Assembly (NCBI GenBank): GCA_965198115.1
Contig: OZ240241.1
Coordinates: 5,056,001 to 5,120,000, forward strand
DNA from: Candidatus Latescibacterota bacterium
Lineage (GTDB): Bacteria > Latescibacterota > UBA2968
DNA length: 64,000 nucleotides
Reading direction: 5' to 3'
The position numbers and the translations under genes are program-made. Shown here one piece after another: positions 18,895 through 29,116 of the stretch (positions are counted from its first letter, which is position 1; each line of letters opens with the position of its first letter). Under the pieces are notes generated by a model that searched no databases, was not told the origin of the DNA, and saw only the letters and a list, made by a program, of their open reading frames with translations.

Positions 18895-20579
18895 AGATTC
18901 CTATGAACGACGCACGATCGAGAAGCGCGGCGGTAGCCGCGCTTGTTTTGTTTTCCGGGTGCGCCAACCAGGCGCCGCCGCCCGGGGGACCGCCCGACCG
19001 GATTCCGCCCCGCGTGGTAGCGACCGTCCCTGCCGAGCAGGCCGTCGGCGTGGCAGTCGACACACCGATCGAAGTCACGTTCAGTGAGCACATGGATCGT
19101 CGCAGCGTGGAACGTTCGGTGTTCGTGTCGCCTCGGGCTGAATCCGATCCAGAACTGAAGTGGAAAGGTCGCCGGCTGGTGATTCGGATGCCGACGGCTC
19201 TGAGACCCGATCGGACCTATCGTGTGAGCATTGGAGCAGAGAGCGCGGACGAGGCTCGGAACAGGATGTCGTCGTCCTACGATTTCGCGTTTTCGACCGG
19301 TGACCGTATCAGCCACGGCGAGATCAGAGGGACGATTCGGCTCGAGTCGGGGGATGCGCATTTCGTCTGGGCCTACGATGTGGGAGATCGCGACCCCGAT
19401 CCCGGGCTGGACATTCCAAGCTATGTGACCCAGGCAGGGACGGAGGGCAGCTTCCGTTTTCCCGGACTGGGTCGTGGCTCGTTCCGCGTGTTCGTCTTTT
19501 CCGACGTCGATCGGGATCGAACCTACACGGCAGGAACAGACGCGCTCGGTCTGCCTCCCACGACGGTCGAACTGCCGACCGACGGATCGAGCACGGTCAT
19601 CGGTGCCATACGCGCGGTCGTGCGTGACACGACGGGTTCGCGACTGATCGCGGGAAGGACGAGCGACCAGACACACGTGAGGCTTCGCTTCGATGAGGAT
19701 GTGGCCACGTTGGGAACGGTCGAGATCGAGGGACTGACCGTGCACCTCTCCCACGTCGATCCGGGTGACAGCACAGCGGTCTGGGTTCTGACGTCGCCGC
19801 AGACGGAGGGGGCGAACTACGAGGTTCTTGCCAAAGGTTTCACGGATGCGCGGGGGAACACGGGGCCGCCTTCGTCGGTCACCGTCAAGGGAGATGGCCG
19901 ACCGGACACGCGGGCTCCTGCCGTTGTGTCCGTTTCGCCGCCCGACGGCAGCACGGATGTTCCAGCGACGGCCCCGGTCACGATCGTGTTCGACGAAGCG
20001 ATGGATCCCGTGACACGAACAGGGCTTTGGGTGGAGATGTCCGATCAGGGTGACTCGACGGGCGTCCTGAGCGGAACCTATGATTGGACGGCCCCGAACG
20101 TGCTCGCGTTCGAGCCGTACGCCGCCTGGTCGTCGGGGGCGCATTTTCTGGAGACGGCGGAGAGCTTGGTGGACGCCGGTGGCAATTCGACTGCCGAGTC
20201 GGTGCGTGTTCGCTTTACGACGACGGCTGACGCGCTCGAGGGCTCGCTTACCGGGCGTCTGGCGCCGGCTCCCTACGCGACGGTCGTGACGGTCCGGGTG
20301 CCGGGTGACGTCGATTACGCACGAGCCGTGCGGGTAGCCCCCGGCGACACGACGTTTGCGATCGAACGTCTGCGGACGGGACGATACGTCGTCGAGGTCT
20401 TCGGCGACCCCAACGACGACGGTGAGTGGGATGCTGGACGCGTGTCGCCATTCAGACCCGCAGAACCGGTTGCCGTCGATGCCGACACGGTAGAAGTGCC
20501 GCCGCGATGGGAATCGACGATCGATCGGGTTTTGCGCACGATGATCGTGGAAGTCGACGGAGAGCCCACTGATGGATAG
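18891..20579 (+). CDS. Lipoprotein with Ig-like (Big_5) domains
   Basis: Lipobox FSGC, PPPGGPPD, TFSEHMD and VFDEAMD Big_5 motifs. Start may be the ATG at 18903. Confidence 0.8.
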   Translation: MKIPMNDARSRSAAVAALVLFSGCANQAPPPGGPPDRIPPRVVATVPAEQAVGVAVDTPIEVTFSEHMDRRSVERSVFVSPRAESDPELKWKGRRLVIRMPTALRPDRTYRVSIGAESADEARNRMSSSYDFAFSTGDRISHGEIRGTIRLESGDAHFVWAYDVGDRDPDPGLDIPSYVTQAGTEGSFRFPGLGRGSFRVFVFSDVDRDRTYTAGTDALGLPPTTVELPTDGSSTVIGAIRAVVRDTTGSRLIAGRTSDQTHVRLRFDEDVATLGTVEIEGLTVHLSHVDPGDSTAVWVLTSPQTEGANYEVLAKGFTDARGNTGPPSSVTVKGDGRPDTRAPAVVSVSPPDGSTDVPATAPVTIVFDEAMDPVTRTGLWVEMSDQGDSTGVLSGTYDWTAPNVLAFEPYAAWSSGAHFLETAESLVDAGGNSTAESVRVRFTTTADALEGSLTGRLAPAPYATVVTVRVPGDVDYARAVRVAPGDTTFAIERLRTGRYVVEVFGDPNDDGEWDAGRVSPFRPAEPVAVDADTVEVPPRWESTIDRVLRTMIVEVDGEPTDG

Positions 20580-20961
20580 CGTTGAAGGACGTAGCGTCTA
20601 CCGGCAGCTGCGGCTGATCGCTGTCCTTATTCTGGCGATCTGCAGTCTGTTGGTGGTGAAGTTCACGACACGGACTTCCGATGAAAAGGAGAGGGCGAGG
20701 GCCCACGTGATTCTGGCGGGCATTTACAAGTTGCAACAGAGTCACCACGCGATGTTTGGAACCTATCTTTCGTCTCGTCGTGCAAATACGAGTGAAGTAC
20801 TGAAGTGGACGGACGTCCCCGGGCGTTTCCGTTACGACGTCACGACCGAGGACGATAGCTACGCGGTTCGCGCATCGGCCGACCTCGACGGTGACGGACA
20901 CGAGGAGGTCTGGCAGGTCGACCCTCGGCACCCTGACCCAGTCCGCCTCCAGGCCGACTGA
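20572..20961 (+). CDS. Type IV pilin-like protein lacking a class III leader
   Basis: N-terminal hydrophobic helix, L..IY..Q..H....Y pilin helix pattern, C-terminal ADLDGDG..EVW.VD. Confidence 0.55.
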   Translation: MDSVEGRSVYRQLRLIAVLILAICSLLVVKFTTRTSDEKERARAHVILAGIYKLQQSHHAMFGTYLSSRRANTSEVLKWTDVPGRFRYDVTTEDDSYAVRASADLDGDGHEEVWQVDPRHPDPVRLQAD

Positions 20962-20987
20962 TTCACGTTAGCGGGACCCCCATCCGA

Positions 20988-23489
20988 ATGAATCTCGTTC
21001 TGTCGATTCTCACCTTCCTGTTCTGGCAGCCCCTCCCAGGCAACGCCTACGTCCCGCAGATAGATTTCAATGAATTCGGGCGGATCGTGACGATCCGTTG
21101 GTCCTCCGCCGATGTGCAGGAGGGGATTTCGTTCGCGGTGAACGTGAACAGCTTTCCCTTCGACAGCCAGGACGTCCTGCGCATCGTGCGCAACGGTTTT
21201 TCGGCCTGGGAGAATGTGGGTTCGTCCGATCTTCGGTTCGTGGACGACGGAACAGGGTCCTTTGTCAAGTCGAGTACGGATCGTCGCAACGTGATCGTGT
21301 TCGATCCGACAGCGTTCGACATCGGCGCACCGCGTGGCTCGGGGGTCATTGCGATCACGACGATCAACTGGGATCGTTTTGGCAACATCATCGACACCGA
21401 CATCACGTTCAACGGTCGCGATTTCAATTTTTCCGTTTCTTCGGCGCCGAACACGAGAGGGGGCGTGGTCGATCTCCAGGATACGATGACGCACGAAATC
21501 GGTCATCTCATCGGGCTGGACCACACACCGCTGTCCGGTTCGGCATCGGAACGTCCGACGATGCACCCGTTCGCATCGCCCGAGGCCGCAGGGCGGTCAT
21601 TGGCGCCTGACGACATCGCGGGAATCACGCATCTCTATCCAGGTGTGAACGCCAGCCAGACGGGAACCGTGACGGGGCAGGTTGCGAAACCAAACGGAGG
21701 GGGTGCGTTCGGCGTCCACGTCATCGCCTACAGCAGCGTGACAGGTCGATTCGTGGCGAGCTCCCTCTCGGGATCAGCGGGTGACGACAAGGGATCTGAC
21801 GGCGACGGACGGTATGAGATTCGGGGCTTGCCACCCGGTGACTACCACATTGGTATCGAACCGGTCAGCGGAACGGTGTCCGAAGAGAACATCGGGGGCA
21901 TCTTCAGGAATCTGGAGCAGGGCTTTCCGAAGGAGTTCTACGACAACGTCACGACCCGGGACGCCTCACGCCTCGTGCGTGTCGATGCGGGAAGGGTCGC
22001 CGCGGGCATCGACTTCTCGGTCGGGCTGGCCATTCCCGGTTTTCCGTTCATCGTCGAAGTGTCCCTCCCGCGAAATACACCCGACGTCCTGGGTCCGTAT
22101 CTCGTTCAGATGAAGGTGACCGACGAAGACGGGATTACGTCGGCGGAGGTGGAATACCGGGTTGGCGAGAGCGGGTCCTTCCTGTCGAACACCCTGCGCT
22201 CGGTCGGCGGGGATGTGTGGGAAGGTCATATCCCGGGACAGTCGCCCGGTGTCGTCGTCGAGTATCGCGTGGGGGCGAGAGACGGGGTGGGCAACGTCAG
22301 CTCGTTTCCTCCGGTCGAGGAGGGGCCCCTCACGTTCAAGGTTTTGTCGATGTCGGGTGAGCCCGTTTTGTACGTGGTTCAATCGGGGTCGGGTCTGGTG
22401 TCGGTCCTCGATACCGGCACGGGAAAGGAAGTGGCACGGATACCGACGGGCGACACACCCCACTCCGTGGTCGTGACTCCTGACGAGGGCACGTTGTTCG
22501 TGGCCAATACGGGGAATCCCGCTCAGTCGGCACGCAGCGTCACGGCCATCCAAACTTCGACGCACAGGGTGCTGGCCCAGATCGACGTGGGGTTCTCGCC
22601 CCTGGATATGGCAATCGACCAAGCGGGGACGCGTGTGTTCGTGACGAATTCCGATGCGAGAAGCCTCTCGATCATCGACGTGGCGTCCCTCAGGGAGACT
22701 CGCCGTATCAATCTGACGACGGTCGTCGGGGGTCCGTTCGGGATCGCTGTCCAGCCCGACGGGGAAACCATCTACGTCACCGACATCGATGGGAACCAGG
22801 TGCTCGTGATCGACACCGAGTCCGCCCGAGTCACGGATACGATTCAGGTGCTCGCCAGCCCTCGATCACTGGCGCTGTCGACGGACGGACAGACGCTCTA
22901 CGTGACGGGTTTCGACGGTGGGGTCGGCGTCATCGACCTCTCTCGCGGGCAGCAGGTCCAGACGATCTCGACGCCCGGGGGCGTGTTCAGGATCGCCGTT
23001 TCGCCGACACGGGCGGTCATCTACGCGACCGACCACGACAATGACGATCTCCTCGTCATCGACCCGACTCGGGGGGAGGTCGTTCAAACCGTCTCCGCGC
23101 TGTCGTCGGGGCAGAACACACGCGGCCTCACGGTTTCGCGCGACGGCGAATGGATCTACGTGACGAATCAGGATACGAACGATCTCGTCGTGATCGATGC
23201 CGAGACGCTGAGGATGATTCGGAGCTACAGAGTCGGCGACGGGCCTCGAGGCATCGGTATTCGGGTGCGTCCGTTCGTCGAGCCGTTTCGGTCCGATCAG
23301 ATCGCCCAGGCGGATTTCGACGGCGATCTTCTCGTCGGCTTCTCCGACTTTGTGCTTTTCGCGGCCAGCTTTGGATCCGAGGAAGGAGAAGCGGGTTTCG
23401 AACCGCGTTTCGACCTGGATGTGGACGGTCTGATCTGGTTTGCGGACTTCCTTCTCTTCGCGGAACTGTTTGGCCGCACGGTCGCCTAG
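20988..23489 (+). CDS. Secreted matrixin-like metalloprotease with YVTN beta-propeller and C-terminal dockerin/EF-hand-like domain
   Basis: HEIGHLIGLDH plus Met-turn PTMHP; FVAN/FVTN/YVTN repeats; DFDGD..VGFSDF and DLDVDG..FADF. Confidence 0.87.
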   Translation: MNLVLSILTFLFWQPLPGNAYVPQIDFNEFGRIVTIRWSSADVQEGISFAVNVNSFPFDSQDVLRIVRNGFSAWENVGSSDLRFVDDGTGSFVKSSTDRRNVIVFDPTAFDIGAPRGSGVIAITTINWDRFGNIIDTDITFNGRDFNFSVSSAPNTRGGVVDLQDTMTHEIGHLIGLDHTPLSGSASERPTMHPFASPEAAGRSLAPDDIAGITHLYPGVNASQTGTVTGQVAKPNGGGAFGVHVIAYSSVTGRFVASSLSGSAGDDKGSDGDGRYEIRGLPPGDYHIGIEPVSGTVSEENIGGIFRNLEQGFPKEFYDNVTTRDASRLVRVDAGRVAAGIDFSVGLAIPGFPFIVEVSLPRNTPDVLGPYLVQMKVTDEDGITSAEVEYRVGESGSFLSNTLRSVGGDVWEGHIPGQSPGVVVEYRVGARDGVGNVSSFPPVEEGPLTFKVLSMSGEPVLYVVQSGSGLVSVLDTGTGKEVARIPTGDTPHSVVVTPDEGTLFVANTGNPAQSARSVTAIQTSTHRVLAQIDVGFSPLDMAIDQAGTRVFVTNSDARSLSIIDVASLRETRRINLTTVVGGPFGIAVQPDGETIYVTDIDGNQVLVIDTESARVTDTIQVLASPRSLALSTDGQTLYVTGFDGGVGVIDLSRGQQVQTISTPGGVFRIAVSPTRAVIYATDHDNDDLLVIDPTRGEVVQTVSALSSGQNTRGLTVSRDGEWIYVTNQDTNDLVVIDAETLRMIRSYRVGDGPRGIGIRVRPFVEPFRSDQIAQADFDGDLLVGFSDFVLFAASFGSEEGEAGFEPRFDLDVDGLIWFADFLLFAELFGRTVA

Positions 23490-23599
23490 TTCCTGAATCC
23501 GCACAAAATTCCCTAAATACGTCCGGCGAGACCGTTCGTGGCGATCGACGTACAGATGGGTATAACTAACTGTGGGACAATTGGTTGTGGCGTTCGTTA

Positions 23600-23628
23600 T
23601 TGACCTGGCGGCTGGATCCCCTTATCAT
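23600..23628 (+). promoter_or_regulatory. Sigma70 promoter
   Basis: TTGACC-17 bp-TATCAT. Confidence 0.55.
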
Positions 23629-23679
23629 TACCTTACGTCTTCATTCGATCGTTCATTTAACCCGTAGGACCGGGGCCCT

Positions 23680-24231
23680 ATGTTCTGGGGAATCATCACA
23701 CTCAGCTTCCTCGCGCTTCTCATTATCGTGAAGATGCTGACCGTCCTTGAAGTGCGTGCGCAGGACGTGGAGTACCGGAACAACACCAAGCGAATCCAGG
23801 ATATCCAGGAAGATCTGGATACCTCTCGGCGCAAGTATGTGATTGCCGTGAAGGCCGAGGGCGTGGCCAAACACCGTCTGAGTCAGCTCAAGACGCGTTT
23901 CGCCAATCTAAAGCAGAATTTCGAACAGATTCAGATCTCGACGGCCAATCAGGAGCAACGCAAGCAGAAGGAGCTGGAACTGACCCTCGAGCGCGTGGTC
24001 ATGGAAGCGCTTGGCGGGCCGACTGCTCGAAGAGATTCCCATTTCAAACGTGTAACCAATGCGATCAAGCAGTTGATCGATCTGGACAAGAAGAACAACA
24101 GCGAGGAAGTCATCGAGGCTGTTCAGCAAAAGCTGATCGAAATGGCGCAGGATGGGTCCCTGGAGAGCACGGGCCGCTCGACCAACGGTCGAACCGAGGA
24201 AGTCGAGAGCGAAGCCGAAGCCGCTGGTTAA
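23680..24231 (+). CDS. Membrane-anchored coiled-coil hypothetical protein
   Basis: N-terminal TM helix followed by a Q/E/K-rich heptad region. Confidence 0.7.
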   Translation: MFWGIITLSFLALLIIVKMLTVLEVRAQDVEYRNNTKRIQDIQEDLDTSRRKYVIAVKAEGVAKHRLSQLKTRFANLKQNFEQIQISTANQEQRKQKELELTLERVVMEALGGPTARRDSHFKRVTNAIKQLIDLDKKNNSEEVIEAVQQKLIEMAQDGSLESTGRSTNGRTEEVESEAEAAG

Positions 24232-24258
24232 ACCTCACCAACCTGTGTCTAACCGCAC

Positions 24259-24285
24259 ACCCACCCATCGAGGGTGGGTTTTTTT
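24259..24285 (+). terminator. Rho-independent terminator
   Basis: ACCCACCC-ATCGA-GGGTGGGT followed by a T-tract. Confidence 0.8.
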
Positions 24286-24370
24286 GTGCCCGGTAGCGTG
24301 GGTTGATCCTCGGGTGTATATTGGCCGGGACGACAGGCAGGATGGCATTCCGCGACAAGAGGAGGCAACG

Positions 24371-25225
24371 ATGACTTACGGATCGGGTGATTTCACGTAT
24401 GACGTGGTCGAAGATTGGTGGACCCTTCCTGATGGGTGGGCATTCGGCTGGATTCCGGCCGTAGCCGTAGACTCGAACGATCTGATATACGTTTACAGCC
24501 GGAGCGACCACCCCATGGTCGTGTTCGACAAGGATGGGAATTTTGTGAAATCGTGGGGTGACGATGTCTTGAAGGATGCCCACGGGATCTACATCGACGG
24601 GGATGACAACGTCTTCTGTGTTGAGCGTGAAACCCACTGCATGCGAAAGTTCACCTGCGACGGTGAACTGTTAATGACCTTGGGGACGCCCGATCAGGCC
24701 GGCGCGGAGGGAGAGCCTTTCAACCTGCCGACGGACGTGGCTTTCGATTCTGCGGGGACGATGTATCTGACCGACGGATACGGAAACGCACGGGTACACA
24801 AATACACGGGCGACGGCGAACTGCTCAAATCCTGGGGGACACCGGGGACCGGACCGGGTGAGTTCGACCTTCCCCACTGTGTGCGCGTGGACAAGCACGA
24901 TCGACTCCTCGTGGCCGACCGTTCCAACAACCGGATTCAGTTTTTCGACACGGACGGGAATTTCCTTCACGAATGGACCGGCCTGCATCAGCCCGACACG
25001 ATCTACATCGACGATGAGGTCGTTTACATAGCCGAACTCGATCAGCGTCTGAGCATCTGGACGCTCGACGGCGAGAAGATCACGGAGTGGGGCGGTGGTG
25101 TGGAGAGTACGAAGCCCGGTGAGTTCGTCAAGTGCCCCCACGGTATCTGGTTGGATTCGGACAAGTCGATCTACGTGTCGGAGGTTCAGGCCGACGCCCG
25201 GTTGCAGAAGTTCGTGCGGAGATAA
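24371..25225 (+). CDS. NHL-repeat protein (peptidyl-alpha-hydroxyglycine lyase-like)
   Basis: FNLPTDVA, DGYGNARVHK, PGEFDLPH, ADRSNNRIQ. GGAGG RBS. Confidence 0.87.
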   Translation: MTYGSGDFTYDVVEDWWTLPDGWAFGWIPAVAVDSNDLIYVYSRSDHPMVVFDKDGNFVKSWGDDVLKDAHGIYIDGDDNVFCVERETHCMRKFTCDGELLMTLGTPDQAGAEGEPFNLPTDVAFDSAGTMYLTDGYGNARVHKYTGDGELLKSWGTPGTGPGEFDLPHCVRVDKHDRLLVADRSNNRIQFFDTDGNFLHEWTGLHQPDTIYIDDEVVYIAELDQRLSIWTLDGEKITEWGGGVESTKPGEFVKCPHGIWLDSDKSIYVSEVQADARLQKFVRR

Positions 25226-25312
25226 GCGGCCCCCGGGGGCCACGGTGTTCAGTGTTCAGGAGCAACGAGTCCGGCTACGGGACCACGGAAATGCTTTTCG
25301 TGAGAGTGGCGC

Positions 25313-26638
25313 GTGATTCATAGAGAAGCGGCGCGGTACATACCGGTTGTCGAAGAGACCGATGTGGTCGTTTGCGGAGGCGGACCTGCGGGGATTGCTG
25401 CGGCGCTGGCTGCTGCCCGTACTGGTGCCCGGACACGACTGATCGAGTTGCACGGTGCTCTGGGTGGGGTCTGGACGACGGGTGCGCTGAGCTGGATCAT
25501 CGACTCGGCGAACAAACCGGGCATCATGGCCGAGCTGACGAGACGGTTGGATGAGCGGGAGGCGCGACGGGCACGGGTCGAAGGGGGAAAGAACTACGCA
25601 TACGATGTGGAGGAGATGAAGCTGCTGCTGGAGGAGATGTGCGGGGAAGCGAACGTGGACGTACGTCTTCACACGCGTGTCGTGGCTGCGGCGCGCGCTT
25701 CGGACAATCGATTGTCCGTCGTGATGACCGAGTCGAAGGCTGGCCGCGAAGCCTGGGCAGCAGATGTCTTCGTAGACACGACGGGGGACGGCGATCTCGG
25801 GTTCGTGGCGGGCTGTGGGTTCGACATGGGGCATCCCGAGACCGGAGCCGTACAGCCCATGAGTCTGATGGCACTGGTGACCGGCCTTCGGTTCGAAGAC
25901 GTCGAAGCTTACGTGGGTGGGTCGTTGCGAGAACCGAAGCAACGGCTCGCTAAGCTTATGGAAGAAGCGGGCGTGCCACCCTCTTACGGTCACCCGACGC
26001 TCTTCCGAGTCCGTGACGACCTGTTCGCGATGATGGCCAACCACCAGTACGACACCAAGTGCAACGATGCGGAGGCGCTGACGGCGGCGACGATCCGCGG
26101 GCGTCGTGAGATCCACGATCAAGTCGCCGCACTGCGCAGACTCGGAGGGGAGTGGAAGGACGTCCGCGTGGTTACGACGGGTGCTCAGATCGGGGTGCGA
26201 GAGGGGCGCCGTATCCACGGACGATACGAGGTCACCGCGCAGGATCTATTGCAAGGAGCACGGTTCGAGGATGCGGTCTGTCGAGTGACGATGGGGATCG
26301 ACGTTCACTCGACGGATCCGAACCGGACGAAGATCGTGGAGGAAAAGCCACATCGGTCTCAACCCTACGACATCCCTCTGCGGGCCTTGATCGCCCGCGA
26401 CGTGGACGGACTTATGATGGCCGGGCGCTGCATCAGCGGCGACTTTATCGCGCACTCCAGCTATCGCGTAACCGGCAACGCAGTCGCCATGGGGCAGGCC
26501 GCGGGTGCGACTTCGGCCCTGGCGGCAAGGTTGAATCGCCTCCCGCACGAAGTCTCCTGGGTGAACGTAAAGGAGGCGTTGAACCTGATTGACGAGACCC
26601 ACGAGGCGTCCGTCGGGTCGGCGCCTACAGCTGTGTGA
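25313..26638 (+). CDS. FAD-dependent oxidoreductase (FAD_oxidored family)
   Basis: DVVVCGGGPAG, DTTGDGD, GVREGRRI, YDIPLRAL, AGRCIS. Confidence 0.88.
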   Translation: MIHREAARYIPVVEETDVVVCGGGPAGIAAALAAARTGARTRLIELHGALGGVWTTGALSWIIDSANKPGIMAELTRRLDEREARRARVEGGKNYAYDVEEMKLLLEEMCGEANVDVRLHTRVVAAARASDNRLSVVMTESKAGREAWAADVFVDTTGDGDLGFVAGCGFDMGHPETGAVQPMSLMALVTGLRFEDVEAYVGGSLREPKQRLAKLMEEAGVPPSYGHPTLFRVRDDLFAMMANHQYDTKCNDAEALTAATIRGRREIHDQVAALRRLGGEWKDVRVVTTGAQIGVREGRRIHGRYEVTAQDLLQGARFEDAVCRVTMGIDVHSTDPNRTKIVEEKPHRSQPYDIPLRALIARDVDGLMMAGRCISGDFIAHSSYRVTGNAVAMGQAAGATSALAARLNRLPHEVSWVNVKEALNLIDETHEASVGSAPTAV

Positions 26639-26639
26639 C

Positions 26640-27553
26640 TTGACCCTTCCTCTCGACATCCGGCCAGCGACCGAATCGGATGCTGCTGAACTGGCCGATC
26701 TGATCCACGCTTCAACGAATCACTGGTATGCCACGCATGGCATGGGAACGATCTTCTCCGGGCCGCCCCCGTCGACGACGACGCTCTTCTTCGAAGTCTA
26801 TGAGGCGCTTGACCCGGGGTGCAGCCTCGTGGCTGTCCACGCGGAGACCGGCGGTCTTGTCGGGTCGTGTTTTTACCATCGCGCGCGACGCATTTGTCTC
26901 TCGGGATCATGAATGTCCATCCCAGCTACTTCGGGGGCGGTGTCGCCAGCGCATTGCTGCAGTCGATTTGCCAACGAGCGGATGATATCGGCAAGCCACT
27001 CCGACTCGTGTCGAGCGCGCTGAATCTGGACTCCTATTCGCTCTACACGCGCGCCGGCTTCGTTCCGCGCGCGCTCTTTCAGGATATGCTGATCGAGGAT
27101 GTCGAGGCGATTCCTCGGCCGGGTTCTGTGCGTCTCGCATCCCTGGATGACGTGCCGGGCATCGTCGCTCTGGAATCGGCTGTGAGCGGTATTCGGCGAG
27201 AACGCGACTGGCGTTACTTTCTGACAGACGATCACGGATGGCGGGTGGCCGTCGTTGACGGGAACGAGGGTATAGACGGTGTGCTGGCTTCGATCGATCA
27301 TTCAGGTTCGTGTCTCCTCGGCCCGGGTGTGATGCGGACGCCGGAGGCTGCCGAGGATCTGATCGCCGATCAATTGCACGTCGAACGCGGAGGCACGCCT
27401 GTGTTTCTGGTGCCAGCCGCGTGCGAATCGCTCGTTGAAACACTCTACGGGTGGGGGGCGAGAAATTGCGAGTTGCACGTCGCCCAGTGTCGGGGCAGAT
27501 GGACGGAACCCGATGGCGTGGTGATGCCGACGTTCATGCCTGAGACGGGATAG
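26640..27553 (+). pseudogene. GNAT acetyltransferase with a 1-bp frameshift near 26880 (pseudogene or sequence error)
   Basis: Frame A ...GSCFYH joins frame B RATHLSLGIMNVHPSYFGGG. Adding one C gives CFYHPRATH. Confidence 0.7.
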
Positions 27554-27624
27554 GACAGTTGTCAGCGGCGAGTCGTCAGTCGTCAGAAACATCGATCACA
27601 TTCGAGCTCGATGACCGAGGGTTT

Positions 27625-28479
27625 ATGCTCGATCGGGTGATTGCATACGGGAGAATGATCAAGTTTTCCCACAGCATCTTCGCGCTTCCGTTTGCGTTCA
27701 GCGCGGTGGCGCTCGCGGCGCTCGACACGTCGATCACTCCGAGGGTCGTCTTCTGGATTGCCGTGGCGATGGTGGGGGCCCGGAGCGCCGCCATGGGGTT
27801 CAACCGGCTCGTCGATCGTCGGATCGATGCCGAAAACCCCCGCACCGCGGGGCGAGAGCTTCCGACCGGTGTCATATCTCCGGCTGCGGTCAAGGTTCTG
27901 GTGGCGATCTCATCGATCGTTCTCGTCGTGGCATCCTATCGGCTCAACCCGCTCTGCTTCGCACTGTCACCCGTGGCCCTGCTTATCGTGTTCTTCTATT
28001 CCTACACGAAGCGATTCACGTGGGGGACGCAGCTGTTTCTGGGCCTTGCTCTGTCTGTTGCTCCGATCGGGGCCTGGATCGCGGTCACGGGTTCTCTGTC
28101 ACCCAGGATCCTGCTCCTGGGTGGGGCGGTACTGTTCTGGGTCGCGGGGTTCGACATCATCTATGCCACGCAGGACGAAACCTTCGACCGCTCGTTCGGT
28201 GTTCACTCCATCCCACAACGCTTCGGTGTCAGACGAGCATTGTGGGTCTCTCGCCTTCTGCACGTTGTCGCATTCGGATTGATGCTCGCAGTCGGTCGCG
28301 CGTTCGGTCTGGGGCCGATCTACTTCATCGGGGTGTTTGGGATCGGGGGGTTGCTGGTTTACGAGCATCGACTCGTGGGTCCGGAGGATCTGTCGAAGAC
28401 GGCGATGGCCTTCATGAATCTGAACGCGATCATCAGTTGCGTCTATTTCGCTTTCACTCTGGGAGATGTCCTGCTGTGA
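27625..28479 (+). CDS. ubiA: UbiA-family prenyltransferase (MqnP-like)
   Basis: IKFSHSIFALPFA, NRLVDRRID.ENPRT, YSYTKRFT, GFDIIYA.QD. Confidence 0.88.
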   Translation: MLDRVIAYGRMIKFSHSIFALPFAFSAVALAALDTSITPRVVFWIAVAMVGARSAAMGFNRLVDRRIDAENPRTAGRELPTGVISPAAVKVLVAISSIVLVVASYRLNPLCFALSPVALLIVFFYSYTKRFTWGTQLFLGLALSVAPIGAWIAVTGSLSPRILLLGGAVLFWVAGFDIIYATQDETFDRSFGVHSIPQRFGVRRALWVSRLLHVVAFGLMLAVGRAFGLGPIYFIGVFGIGGLLVYEHRLVGPEDLSKTAMAFMNLNAIISCVYFAFTLGDVLL

Positions 28480-28489
28480 GGGTCGAATC

Positions 28490-29092
28490 GTGAAACGTTT
28501 GACTGTCGGCGTTACGGGCGCCAGCGGCGCGATCTATGCCGTCAGGACGCTTCGCGCCCTGCTGATGGCCGATCTGCGCGTGGACCTGATCGTGTCGGAG
28601 ACGGGTTGGATGCTGCTGAGGGACGAAGCCGGTTTTGACGGCAAACGGACGGACTTCGTCGATTATCTGGGATCCTTGTTCGAGGATGACGCGCCCGTCG
28701 GCACGGTCCAGCTCCATCAGTCGAGCGATTTCGCTGCCCCGATCTCGAGCGGGTCGGTCGATTCCCTGGGCACGGTGATCGTGCCGTGCTCGATGCGCTA
28801 CCTGGCGGGTGTTGCCAATGGCGCCTCCAGCAATCTGATCGAGCGAGCGGCTGACGTGACGCTCAAAGAGCATCGTCGTCTCGTGCTCGTGACACGCGAG
28901 ACGCCGATGAATCTGATCCAGCTTCGCAATCAGGTTTCTGCTGCGGAGGCGGGTGCCATTATCCTCCCCGCCTCGCCCGCTTTTTACCAGGAGCCGGCGA
29001 CGTTCGACGATCTGGCCGACTTCATTGCGGGACGTATCCTGAATCTCTTTGGACTACCCCACCAGCTGTTTCCGACGTGGCGGGGCGAGTAA
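28490..29092 (+). CDS. ubiX: Flavin prenyltransferase
   Basis: GVTGASG, ISSGS, PCSM, RAADVTLKE, RETP, PAFY. Confidence 0.93.
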   Translation: MKRLTVGVTGASGAIYAVRTLRALLMADLRVDLIVSETGWMLLRDEAGFDGKRTDFVDYLGSLFEDDAPVGTVQLHQSSDFAAPISSGSVDSLGTVIVPCSMRYLAGVANGASSNLIERAADVTLKEHRRLVLVTRETPMNLIQLRNQVSAAEAGAIILPASPAFYQEPATFDDLADFIAGRILNLFGLPHQLFPTWRGE

Positions 29093-29116
29093 CTCGCCAC
29101 CCACCCACCTCAAACC

